Shown here piece after piece: positions 1 to 9,289 of a stretch of DNA of 32,000 nucleotides. This stretch comes from Candidatus Saccharimonadota bacterium. Its GTDB lineage: Bacteria > Patescibacteriota > Gracilibacteria > BD1-5 > UBA6164. Position 1 is the stretch's first letter; each line of letters starts with the position of its first letter. Under the pieces are notes generated by a model that was not told the origin of the DNA, ran no database searches, and saw only the letters and a program-made list of their open reading frames with translations. The position numbers and the translations under genes were made by a program. The DNA is taken from NCBI GenBank assembly GCA_963677765.1, contig OY782392.1, positions 300,001 to 332,000 of the forward strand, given 5' to 3'.

Positions 1-117
1 AGTAAAGAAATAGAAAAATTTGTTACTAAAAAAATAACTATTCCCTCTTTTGGATGAGCTGAAAGTTTAAATGCATGAGTAGCTTGTTGAATTATTATAG
101 ATAATCTAAAAAGATAA
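1..117 (+). CDS. SpoU/TrmH-family RNA methyltransferase, C-terminal fragment (5' end outside window)
   Basis: Frame 1 with TGA=Gly gives SKEIEKFVTKKITIPSFGGAESLNAGVACGIIIDNLKR*. This resembles the C-terminal SpoU motif (ESLN..A.GI). TAA stop at 115-117 runs into a hairpin terminator. Confidence 0.65.
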
Positions 118-147
118 AAGCCTTAGCTATCTGCTAAGGCCTTTTTT
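117..147. terminator. Hairpin terminator between convergent genes
   Basis: Stem gccttagc (120-127) / gctaaggc (133-140), 5-nt loop, A-run before and T-run after. It overlaps the last codons of the minus-strand patatin gene. Confidence 0.7.
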
Positions 148-914
148 GTTTCTTTATATCATAAATCTATAAACTCTTTTATTTTATCAAAACTATAATA
201 ATCTAAATCTCAAAAATTTGGTTGAATAATTACCCCTTTTCATTTGGTATTTTCTATAGATTTTAATTCATTTTGTTTCATCATAAGCAAAGTCATTCTA
301 TGAAAAACTTCATAATTATATTCAAAAAATGATTTTTTAGTATTAAATCATAAAAATTTTTTCATTTTTGATAATCTTCAAACTTTTTGTTTTAATGCAC
401 TTATTCAAATAATATTTTCTCAGTCTAATATATCTACAGGTAAATTATTTACTATTCAACCATCCATATATGTATTATCTCATATTTCATAAGGCATAAA
501 AATTCAAGGAAGACTTAAACTAGCTCTAACTGCATCGGATATTTTTCATTTAGTAAAAACTTCTTTTTCTCAAGTTTCTATATTAGTTGCTACTATTTTT
601 AAATCTATATCTAAATCTTCTATATTTTTATTTCAAAAAAGTTCATCCAAAGTTTTTTGAAGTTTTTTTCATTTTATAAATCAAAAATTAAATCAAAAAT
701 CTATAAGTTTATAAATCTTTAGTTCATTAGCAATATTTTCTATTTCAGCTGAATTATTTCAACATGCATATAATGCTCAAACAATAGCTCACATTGAAGT
801 TCATGAAATTTCTTTTATTTCATAATCATTAGTTTCAAGATATCTTAACACTCATATATGTACTAGTCATCTTGCAGCTCATCATCAAAGAGCTAATGAT
901 ATTTCTTTTTTCAT
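123..914 (-). CDS. Patatin-like phospholipase (RssA-like)
   Basis: 263-aa minus ORF (TGA=Gly): MKKEISLALGGGAARGLVHIGVLRYLE...ISGTSMGAIVGALYA...YMDGGIVNNLP. It has the oxyanion GGGxxG, the GxSxG nucleophile and the DGG catalytic Asp. ATG at 914, TAA at 123-125, length divisible by 3. Confidence 0.85.
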
Positions 915-924
915 AATTTTAAAA

Positions 925-1374
925 TTAAATTCATTTAGAAGACAAACTTCAATTTGATAATATATTATTGATACTATTTTTTATTTTTTCAAAGTCTATT
1001 TTATTTTTCTTTTTAGCTAAAACATCATATACTAGTGTATCTTGTTTTTCTGTTCAGTAATTTTCTATAAAAACTTTAAATCAAATAAGAATTTTACCTG
1101 ATTTAACTTTTTCTATAGTATCTTTGTCATAGGCTTTTTTTTGAGAATTATTTAAATTTATAGATTCTACATTATATCATTTATCTTCTAAAAAATTATA
1201 AATACCTAAAAAACTAGTTCAATTATAATCATTTAAAAGTTCTATAAATGATAAGTTTCTTTCAATAATAGATTCTTTTATTCAAGGGAAAGCTTGTTTT
1301 AAGGCATAAGTATGTTGTTCTCTCATATCATCAAGACTAAGAGATGATTTAAAATGATTTGGATTCATAGTCAT
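925..1374 (-). CDS. Hypothetical protein (149 aa)
   Basis: Uninterrupted minus ORF MTMNPNHFKSSLSLDDMREQHTYALKQAFPG...NILSNGSLSSKGI*. It ends 10 nt before the patatin start. No family recognised; the start could also be ATG 1368. Confidence 0.55.
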
Positions 1375-1471
1375 AATATACATTACAATAATTTAAACTA
1401 AATTTATTTATAAATATTTTTTAAAACTTTGCAAGTTAATTAAAAAGAAGACTAATAAAGCCTTCTTTTTT

Positions 1472-3619
1472 TTAATTAAGTCATTTCATAGAAAGTTGAA
1501 TCTTTCAAGTTTTTTCATCTATAGAAGTTACTTTAACTTTTACATTTTGTCACACTTCTAATACTTCTTTTGGATCTGATATAAATCTATCAGTAATTTG
1601 ACTAATATGTACTAATCAATCATTTTTTGTACCTATATCTACAAATGCTCCAAATGCTAAAACATTTCTTACAACTCATTCTATAATATCTCATTCTTTT
1701 ATATCAACACTATCTCATGATAAATTAGCCTTTTTATGAGTAGAATTAACTCTTTTTTCTTTTCATATTTCATTATATGATTTTATAATAAAATCTATAG
1801 TTTCTGAATTTGCATCACTATATAATGAAGTAATGGCTTCTTTATTTTTTTCAAAATCTCAAGGTTTTATATTGTTTTCAATTATATATGAAGCAAGACC
1901 ATATTGTTCTGGATGAATATCAGTATTATCTAATTTTTCTTCACTATCAGGAACTCTTAAAAATCATACAGCTTGTTCATAAACTTTTTCTGATAATTGT
2001 TTAGCTAAATCTTTTCTAGATTTGTAAGGTCTATTATTATAGATTTTTTTAGCTGCCCTTTTATCTATTCAAGATATAAAATTTAAAACATAACTAGAAG
2101 CAGTATTTACATTTATACCTACTTCATTTACAACATCTTCAACAGTATGTCATAATTTTTCTTCTAATTTTTTTTCTGGCATATCATGTTGGTACATACC
2201 TACTCAAATACTTCAAACAGGTACTTTTACCAACTCTGATAATGGATCAATAAATCTTCTAGCAATAGATATAGTACCTCTATCTAAAGAGTCTAAATCT
2301 GGGAATTCTTCTTGAGCAGTTTTTCAAGCACTATATACAGAAGCTCAAGATTCATTAACTATAAAAGTATCTATAGTAGTTATATCTCATAAAAGTTTTA
2401 TAGTTTCATTTACTCAAGTACCATTTCAAACAACTATAACTCATGGATTGTTTTTTGATATAAGTGATTTTAATTTTACTATAGCTTCTCATTTTTTATG
2501 TAAAAATATTTTATCAAAACTTATTGGATTTCATAATTCATCCAAAATAGCAATTTTACACCCTGCCGCAAATCATGGGTCTATTGCCAATATTTTTTTT
2601 CCATATTCTGGCTTTGTCATCAAAAGATTAGCTAAGTTTTGTTTAAAAGTATCAATAGCATCATCCTCAGCAATCTCTGAAAGCATAGATCTTAATTCAT
2701 TTTCTACTGAAGAAAATAATGCTTCATATCAAATTTTGAATCAAGCTTCAAGCTCTTCTATAAAAGGTGCTCTAACTTTTAAAAGTCTAGCATAATGAAA
2801 AAGTATTCCTTCATATGTTTTAGGAGTTTTTTCAATTTTTACAGTTAAAATACCAATTTTTTCTCATCTATTTAAAGCAAGTATTTGATATGGTTTTATA
2901 TTTGATAATTTTATAGAACTATCCTTATATATATCAAATTTTGATATTTGAGCTTTATCTTTGTCATTTAATTTTTCTAAAGATTTTTCAGTTTTTATTT
3001 TTGAAACAATTGAGTTATATTTCTTCAAAGTATCCAATAAATCAGCTCTCAAGTCGCTATTCGCTGTAACTTCAGCACCAATAATGTCAATAGCTCACTC
3101 GATAATTTCTTCTCTTGAATAACTATTTAATAAATCTTCACTAATAATAAAATTCTGTCTATTTTTCTTGATTTCATCAGCTACTACTTGAAATCATTTT
3201 TCTTGAGCAATCATGGCCTTAGTCTTTTTCTTAGACTTATAAGGTTTATAAATATCTTCAACTTCTTTTAGAGTTTTTGCTTTTAATATATTTTGAAGTA
3301 ATTCATCTGTAAGTTTTCATTGTTCATTTATTCAGTTTGTAGCAGTAACTTTGGCTTTATAAATTTTTTCAAGCTTATTTCTCAAATCTACAATAGATCT
3401 TATATTATCCTCATCTAATCATCAAGTTTTTTCTTTTCTATAACGAGCAATAAAAGGGACAGTAGCTCATTCTCAAATCAATTCTAATACTACACTAACC
3501 TGATTATTATCAAATTGTAGCTCTGAAGCAATTTCTGATATATAATCAACTTCTGGAACAAAACTATTTAATTCTAAATCATTTTCTTGGTTTTCTATAT
3601 TTGTATTTTCAATAGTCAT
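1472..3619 (-). CDS. tex: Tex-like transcription accessory protein (S1 RNA-binding domain)
   Basis: 716 codons. N-terminus has ...[25 protein letters not shown]..., the interior has ...YQILALNRGEK..., and the C-terminal S1 domain has [36 protein letters not shown]. ATG at 3619, TAA at 1472-1474. Confidence 0.9.
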
Positions 3620-3700
3620 TTATTTTCATTTAAATAATATGTAAGTTTATTTTAACTTTTTGCTTTTTTTTGCAAATAAAAAAAATAGAAAATCTAGTTT

Positions 3701-4891
3701 TTATTTAGTAGATATATTAATAGTCCTTATAATTTCAAAATCTATACTTACATCTTTAGAAAATTCATCTGCTATTGTATAATAAACCTTATCTAATATC
3801 TTTTGCATATCATATCATTCTGGAACTTTTAATGTTACTCTCAATTTTGCCTCTTTTTTATTATTATATACAACTGATATATCACTTATTTCATAAAATT
3901 TTAAATCAGATTCTATTACTTTAGAAAGATAAGTATTTAACTGAGATGATATTGTTGCATTAGTTTTTACAGTATTAAAAGATAATAAAAGAGGTATTAA
4001 TAAAATAGTTATAAAAAAAGTAACTATTCATATTCTCTTAAAAACCTTCGATTGTAATCTTGTATCATGAGGAGTAAATCAATAAAGCCAAAAAAATATA
4101 GTAGCAACTATAACTATAGCTAATAAATTGGCTCAAAACAACATTAAAGCTCCAAATGAAGACATATAATTTCATAAAGCTAATTCTATACCTATTACAG
4201 CTAATGGTGGCATTAAAGATGCAGCCATAGCTACTCATGCTATTCATTCTCACAATCTAGAAAACCTAATACTCATTACAGCAATCATTGCTGAAAATAT
4301 AGCTATGAAAAAATCAATAATATTAGGATTAGTACGACTTATAATTTCAGTTGTTTCTATATTTAATCAAGATATTATAGTGATAAAATATCACATAAAT
4401 ATAGATAAAATGATAGAATATATAAGAGTTTTTAGAGCTAATAAAAAAAACTTTTGACCTCATCTAGCAACTGAAAATCAAAGTCAGTTTATAGGTCTTA
4501 ATAATGGTGCAATAAGCATGGCTCATATAACTACAGCAACAGAATTTTGTAACAATCATAAAGCAGCTATAGTACTAGATAAAAAAATCTCTATCCAATA
4601 TAATTTATCAGGTGTAGAATCTTTTTTAATCTTTATAGCAACCTCTTCTTTTTCTTTGTCATCAAGAGATAAAAATTCTATTTTATCGAAATAAGAAACA
4701 ATTTTTTCTTCTTTTGATATTTCAGTTTTTATATAACTATTTACATTAGAATTTTTACTTTTTTCTTTTAGTATTTCTTTTACTTCCTTTTTTATCTCTT
4801 TTTTTTCTGCTTTTGTAAGCTCAGATATTTCTTCATTTGTATTTATATTTTCCATTATTTTATTATTAAATAATTTTAAATATTTTATCAT
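3701..4891 (-). CDS. DUF389-family integral membrane protein with K/E-rich N-terminal extension
   Basis: Codon-by-codon translation is uninterrupted. It contains ...AVVIGAMLIAPLLRPINGLGFSVARGG... and several hydrophobic helices typical of DUF389. TAA at 3701-3703. The start is either ATG 4891 or the internal ATG 4855 (MENINTNEE...). Confidence 0.75.
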
Positions 4892-4910
4892 ATATTATAA
4901 AAAACATCAA

Positions 4911-4945
4911 AAAAGGATAAATTAATCAAATAATTTATCCTTTTT
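4911..4945 (-). terminator. Hairpin terminator of the miaA-sanA unit
   Basis: Stem aaaaggataaatta / taatttatcctttt with a 6-nt loop, followed by a T-run on the minus strand. It contains the sanA-like stop codon. Confidence 0.6.
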
Positions 4946-5557
4946 AAGTATTCAATCTCAATAATTAGGTTTAAAAATTTCTATTTCTAAGAAAGCTTTT
5001 ACTCTTGCTAGAACCTCTCTTATATTATAATCTTTTTTATAGTTTTGTATACTAGTTTCAACTCAATATGTTTTTATTCATAATCTATTTGATATATACA
5101 TAGCTCTTTTTAAATGAAAGTCTTGTGTAAACAATACTAATTGAGTTTCTCAAAAAATATTTTTAGCTCTATATATAGTATCATAAGTATCTAATCAATA
5201 ATAATCAACTATTATATCATTTTCTGAAACTCATTTTTCAACTAAATACTGCCTCATTACATCAGATTCATTATAATTAGAATTTTGACTATCTCATGAA
5301 ACAATTATCTTATCAATTATAGAATTACTATATCAATCATAAGCTGAATTTAATCTATCTTTTAATATATTTGAAGGAACCTTATTATCAATAATACTAG
5401 CTCAAAAAACAATTCATGTTAAATTATTATCTTTTATATCTGATAAAGAAGTATAATAATTATCAAAAGAAAAACTAATCACATAAAAATTTACACCAAC
5501 TATAAAAGCTAGTATAAATCAAAAAAATCATAATATATAATATAGTAGTTTTTTCAC
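4922..5557 (-). CDS. SanA/YdcF (DUF218) family protein
   Basis: 211 aa with an N-terminal TM helix, then ...GIVFGASIIDNKVPSNILKDRLNSAYDGY...IIVSGDSQNSNYNESDVMRQYLVEKGVSENDIIVDYYGLDTYDTIYRAKNIF...FTQDFHLKRAMYI. The only plausible start is GTG 5557, because TAA closes the frame 3 codons upstream. Confidence 0.75.
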
Positions 5558-5563
5558 TATTTT

Positions 5564-6466
5564 TTAATTAGTATTTAATTTTTCATAATTTCTAAACCAA
5601 GTTAATTGTCTTTTTGCATAGTTTCTATTATGTTTTTTTACCAACTCTATACACTCTTCTAAAGATATATTTCATTCAAGATAAGATATAACTTCTTTGT
5701 ATCAAATAGTTTTCATTCAAAAATGATCTTTAGAATATTTATCAAGTAATTTCTTAACCTCATCAACTAATCAATCATCAAACATCATTTGAACTCTTTT
5801 ATTTATTCTTGAGTATAGATATTCTCTATCTCAGTTATATGGAGTCAAAAATAAAATATCATAATTTAGTTTTTTAGTAGTCCTAAACTCTAATTTACTT
5901 TTTCAGCTAAGTTTTTTTACCTCTATAGCTCTAATTACATATCTATAATTATTTGGATGTAACTCTTTTGCATATTTTGGATCTATTTTATTTAATTCAT
6001 TCCAAATATATTCATTACCAAATTCTAATCTTTTTTCTTCAAGTTCATTTCTTAATTCTTCATTAGCTGGAATTTTTGGAATATCAAAATCAAAAATTAA
6101 ACTATCAATATATAATCAAGTACCTCAACATAATATAGGAATTTTTCATTTAGATAATATTTCATTTATATGATTTGTTGCTTCTTGCTTAAACTCACCT
6201 ACACTATATTCTATATCTGGCTCTATTATATCTAACATATAATGATTTATTCAAGACATTTCATCATTAGTTATTTTTCATGTTCAAATATCTAAATATT
6301 TAAATATTTGCCTAGAATCAGTTGAAATGATTTCTGAATCTATATATTTTGCTACATCTATACTCATTGAAGTTTTTCAACTTGCAGTTGGTCAATATAT
6401 AACAATTATTTTTTGTTTTGAGGATTTTTTATTTAAAAACTCATCAACTTTTTTATAAAAACTCAT
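5564..6466 (-). CDS. miaA: tRNA [24 protein letters not shown]
   Basis: 300 aa: ...[21 protein letters not shown]...[20 protein letters not shown]...ILCGGTGLYIDSL...[11 protein letters not shown]. Both P-loop glycines are TGA codons. Confidence 0.92.
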
Positions 6467-6549
6467 TTAAATTTTTATTATAAAATAGCTATAAATATAT
6501 TAATAGTAAGCTAAAAAATATCAAGAAAATATTTTTTTTAAAAAAAATT

Positions 6550-6577
6550 TTGACATATAATTATTTTTTAATAATAT
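6550..6577 (+). promoter_or_regulatory. Sigma70-like promoter for the tRNA cluster
   Basis: TTGACA at 6550-6555, 16-nt spacer, TAATAT at 6572-6577, about 30 nt upstream of tRNA-Thr. Confidence 0.5.
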
Positions 6578-6608
6578 ATCTCTCGCATCACAAAAGATGT
6601 AAATAAAT

Positions 6609-6684
6609 GCCACTATAGCTCAGCTGGTAGAGCATTCGCCTTGTAAGCGAACGGTCATCGGTTCAAGTCCGATTAGTGGCTCCA
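6609..6684 (+). tRNA. tRNA-Thr (anticodon UGU)
   Basis: Hand-folded cloverleaf: acceptor gccacta/tagtggc, D stem gctc/gagc, anticodon stem ttcgc/gcgaa with loop cTTGTaa, T stem atcgg/ccgat, encoded CCA. Confidence 0.9.
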
Positions 6685-6762
6685 TCTATTATAAAATAAA
6701 GTTACGAAATACGAGTTTAAAATATTTTATCTTTGATTCGTAATTCGTATTTTTTTTAAAAT

Positions 6763-6847
6763 GGGCAGATTCCAGAGCGGCCAAATGGGGGGGACTGTAA
6801 ATCCCTTGTCTACGACTTCGGGGGTTCGAATCCCTCTCTGCCCACCA
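6763..6847 (+). tRNA. tRNA-Tyr (anticodon GUA), long variable arm
   Basis: Acceptor gggcaga/tctgccc, anticodon stem gggga/tccct with loop ctGTAaa, long variable arm, T loop ttcgaat, encoded CCA. Confidence 0.88.
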
Positions 6848-6905
6848 TGTTAAAAAAAGATTTAAAAAAAACTAGTTTTAAAAGGACTAGCATTTTTTAT
6901 GTTTA

Positions 6906-6990
6906 GCCGGGGTGATGGAATTGGTAGACATGTTGGTCTTAGAAACCAATGCTTAATCGCGTGCGAGTTCGAGTCTCGCCCTCGGCACCA
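6906..6990 (+). tRNA. tRNA-Leu (anticodon UAG), long variable arm
   Basis: Acceptor gccgggg/cctcggc (one G-U pair), anticodon stem ttggt/accaa with loop ctTAGaa, long variable arm, T loop ttcgagt, encoded CCA. Confidence 0.88.
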
Positions 6991-7052
6991 TACCAAATAT
7001 TTTTATATTTTTGTACCGTACTTGGCGGTCAAATAAAACAAACAAAAAGATT

Positions 7053-7307
7053 ATGAAAAAAGGAATACATCCAGAATCTAAAGAAGTTTTATTAGTAGAT
7101 AGAAGTGCTGATTCAGTTGTAAAAGTAAAAACTACAGCTAAAACTACTGATACTTATGAACATGAAGGTAAAGAATACCCTTGTATTTTTATAGAAACTT
7201 CTTCAGCATCTCACCCATTCTATACTGGTGAACAAAAAATCCTTAAAACTGGTGCAGTTGATAAATTCTACGCTAGAATGAAAAAATCAGAAGCATTGAA
7301 AAAATAA
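7053..7307 (+). CDS. rpmE: 50S ribosomal protein L31
   Basis: MKKGIHPESKEVLLVDRSADS...SSASHPFYTGEQKILKTGAVDKFYARMKK. The classic MKKGIHP start and HPFYTG motif are present. The track ORF from 7011 is an upstream over-extension. Confidence 0.9.
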   Translation: MKKGIHPESKEVLLVDRSADSVVKVKTTAKTTDTYEHEGKEYPCIFIETSSASHPFYTGEQKILKTGAVDKFYARMKKSEALKK

Positions 7308-7310
7308 AAA

Positions 7311-7346
7311 TAAACTCTACATTTTAAGTAGAGTTTATTTTTTTAA
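7311..7346 (+). terminator. rpmE intrinsic terminator
   Basis: Stem taaactctac / gtagagttta, 7-nt loop, T-run at 7338-7346. Confidence 0.75.
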
Positions 7347-7354
7347 AAAAAATA

Positions 7355-7381
7355 TTGACTTATATTTTTTTTATATATAAT
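7355..7381 (+). promoter_or_regulatory. Putative rplJL promoter
   Basis: TTGACT at 7355-7360 and TATAAT at 7376-7381. The spacer is only 15 nt, so the exact -10 is uncertain. Confidence 0.45.
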
Positions 7382-7384
7382 CAT

Positions 7385-7518
7385 AGTACTTTCTATGTCA
7401 AAGACAGTGGGCACAAAATAAGACCTACCGAGATAATAGAGGAATAGATTTTAAATTAGATATAAAGTTTAAAAAACTCTAATCCTTTTTCTTTGACTTA
7501 AAGAAAAAGGATTTTTTA
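7385..7518 (+). promoter_or_regulatory. rplJ 5' leader with terminator-like hairpin (L10-leader-type attenuator candidate)
   Basis: About 180-nt untranslated leader. It contains ...caaagacagtgggcacaaaataagacctaccgag... and a strong hairpin aatcctttttcttt / aagaaaaaggatt (7481-7513) followed by a T-run, ending about 45 nt before the rplJ ATG. Confidence 0.55.
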
Positions 7519-7560
7519 ATACTAGAAAGTAATAGTTTATATTGATAATAAAAAACAACA

Positions 7561-8133
7561 ATGGCTGTTTCAAAACAAAAAAAAGTTGAGATATTTAACG
7601 AATTAGTTGAAAAATTCAAATCTGCTGAATCAATTGGTTTTTCATCTACAAGTGCACTTAGTGTTGAAGATTTTGCAAAACTAAGAACTTCTTTAAGAGA
7701 AGTAGGATCTACTTATACTTTAGCTAAAAAAACTATTATAGTAAAAGCTATAAAAGAAGCTAGAGATATTGAAATTAACTTATCAGACTTAGAAGGTCAA
7801 ATCTGAGTAGTATGTTCTAATGAAGATGCTGTAGCTGGTTTAGGTAAAGTTAACGATTTCATGAAAGCTATAAATAAAGATGCTGATAAAATGGAATGGG
7901 CATTATCTATATTTGAAGGAGAATTAAAAGACAAAGAAGAAACAAAAATAATTGCTTCTATGCCTTCAAGAGAAACTTTACTTGGAAGATTGGTTGGTTC
8001 TATGAAATCTCCTATTTCTGGAATGGCAAGATTCTTTGATGCTGCTGCTAAAGAACTTGAAACTACTGGAAAAGCAAAAGTTAGTGAATTAGAAGGAAAA
8101 AAAGAAGAAACTTCTGAAGAAGAAGCTAAATAA
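7561..8133 (+). CDS. rplJ: 50S ribosomal protein L10
   Basis: The two track ORFs (7561-7806 and 7861-8133) are in the same frame and are joined through a single TGA=Gly at 7804-7806. The 190-aa product has an L10-like sequence and an acidic C-terminal tail. Confidence 0.9.
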
Positions 8134-8140
8134 TTGATAT

Positions 8141-8280
8141 TTGGTTCATTGATTCCCTATTTTTAGGGAGTCATTAACTAGTTATCAATAAAATAACTAG
8201 AATAGTTCATTGTAGAGCTTGATTCAGTGTCTGTTAAGAACTGAATCTAACGGATATTGAACTAAAATTCTACAATGAAA
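8141..8280 (+). other. Structured rplJ-rplL intergenic RNA element (three nested or adjacent hairpins)
   Basis: Hairpins are gattcccta/tagggagtc (8151-8172) and ctagttat/ataactag (8178-8200). A long-range stem ttcattgtaga/tctacaatgaa (8206-8216 with 8269-8279) encloses gattcagt/actgaatc (8221-8247). Confidence 0.5.
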
Positions 8281-8320
8281 TTTTAAAAAATTTTATTTTA
8301 TATTTTTAATTTTTGCAAAA

Positions 8321-8695
8321 ATGGCTGAATTAACAAAAAATGCACAACAAATTATGGACTTAGTTAAAGAATTAACTATAGTTGAATTAAATGACTTAGT
8401 TACTGCTATGGAAGAAGAATTTGGTGTTAGTGCTGCTGCTCCTGTTATGGTTGCTGGTGCTGGTGCTGAAGGTGGAGCTGATGAAAAATCAAGCTTTAAC
8501 GTTGAATTAACTTCTGCTGGTGCTTCTAAAATCGGTGTAATTAAAGTTATAAGAGAAATAACTGGATTAGGATTAAAAGAAGCTAAAGATATTGCTGATA
8601 ACGGTGGTATGATTAAAGAAGGAGCTTCTAAAGACGAAGCTGAAGAAATTAAAGCTAAATTAGAAGAAGCTGGTGCTTCTATCGAATTAAAATAA
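8321..8695 (+). CDS. rplL: 50S ribosomal protein L7/L12
   Basis: 124 aa: ...[23 protein letters not shown]...[27 protein letters not shown]...[14 protein letters not shown]. No TGA codons. Confidence 0.95.
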   Translation: MAELTKNAQQIMDLVKELTIVELNDLVTAMEEEFGVSAAAPVMVAGAGAEGGADEKSSFNVELTSAGASKIGVIKVIREITGLGLKEAKDIADNGGMIKEGASKDEAEEIKAKLEEAGASIELK

Positions 8696-8702
8696 TTCTA
8701 TT

Positions 8703-8738
8703 AAAAAAAGATAAACTTATATAAGTTTATCTTTTTTT
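8703..8738 (+). terminator. rplL intrinsic terminator
   Basis: Perfect palindrome aaagataaactta-ta-taagtttatcttt followed by a T-run. Confidence 0.8.
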
Positions 8739-8862
8739 CTTTTAAATGTTTTTTCTTAACAAAAACTTAACAAAAACTATATTTTTTATAGCATAAAAAT
8801 TGACATAGACTAACATTTTTATAAAATGTTTGAGCTTATAATTATATAATAATTTGATACAT

Positions 8863-9285
8863 ATGAAATATTTATATTCACTAGTATTATTAGTATTCTT
8901 AGCTTCTTGTACAAATGGAGCATGAGTGACTAATGAAGAAACTGTAGATAATGAAAATACTTCTACAGAAGTAACAAACTCTGAAATTGATGAAGCTATG
9001 GAAGAAACTTTTTCAGAAGAAGAATCTAATGAAGGTCTAACTATGTTAGATGCTACATATACTAACCCTCAAGCAGAAATTGATATGAAAATTTACTATA
9101 GCTTAAACGAAGCTAATGAAATTGAAGAAATTTATGCTGAAGCTAGTAATTATGATATGAGTGCATTTAATGAAAATATCCAATATTTAGTAGGTAAAAC
9201 TATGGAAGAAGCAGAAAATGTTTATGTTTCTGGTAGTTCTCTTACTAGTGAAGCTTTCACAAGTGCTATAAAAAATAACATGTAA
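8863..9285 (+). CDS. Acidic lipoprotein with FMN_bind-like C-terminal domain (putative ApbE substrate)
   Basis: MKYLYSLVLLVFLASCTNGAG... has a signal peptide and lipobox LASC, and is joined through one TGA to the track ORF at 8926. The C-terminus ...IQYLVGKTMEEAENVYVSGSSLTSEAFTSAIKNNM resembles the end of FMN_bind domains (..VD.VSGAT.TS.A...A..). Confidence 0.6.
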
Positions 9286-9289
9286 TTAT

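Noticed and set aside
2448-2795. 115-aa plus-strand ORF
   Set aside because: It lies antisense inside the well-supported Tex gene (1472-3619). Its low-complexity hydrophobic translation is typical of AT-rich antisense frames.
4065-4253. 62-aa minus ORF; 100-aa plus ORF at 23774-24076; 67-aa minus ORF at 31236-31439
   Set aside because: They are the wrong frame within the DUF389 gene, antisense to truB and antisense to dnaJ respectively. In each case the alternative reading has clear family signatures.
6609-6990. tRNA cluster as an integration hotspot or genomic island boundary
   Set aside because: There is no integrase, transposase, phage gene or direct repeat of a tRNA 3' end nearby. The flanking genes are housekeeping (miaA, rpmE, rplJL).
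7011-7052. Upstream extension of rpmE (TTG start at 7011, MYRTWRSNKTNKKI...)
   Set aside because: It begins only 20 nt after tRNA-Leu, and the canonical L31 N-terminus MKKGIHP starts at ATG 7053.
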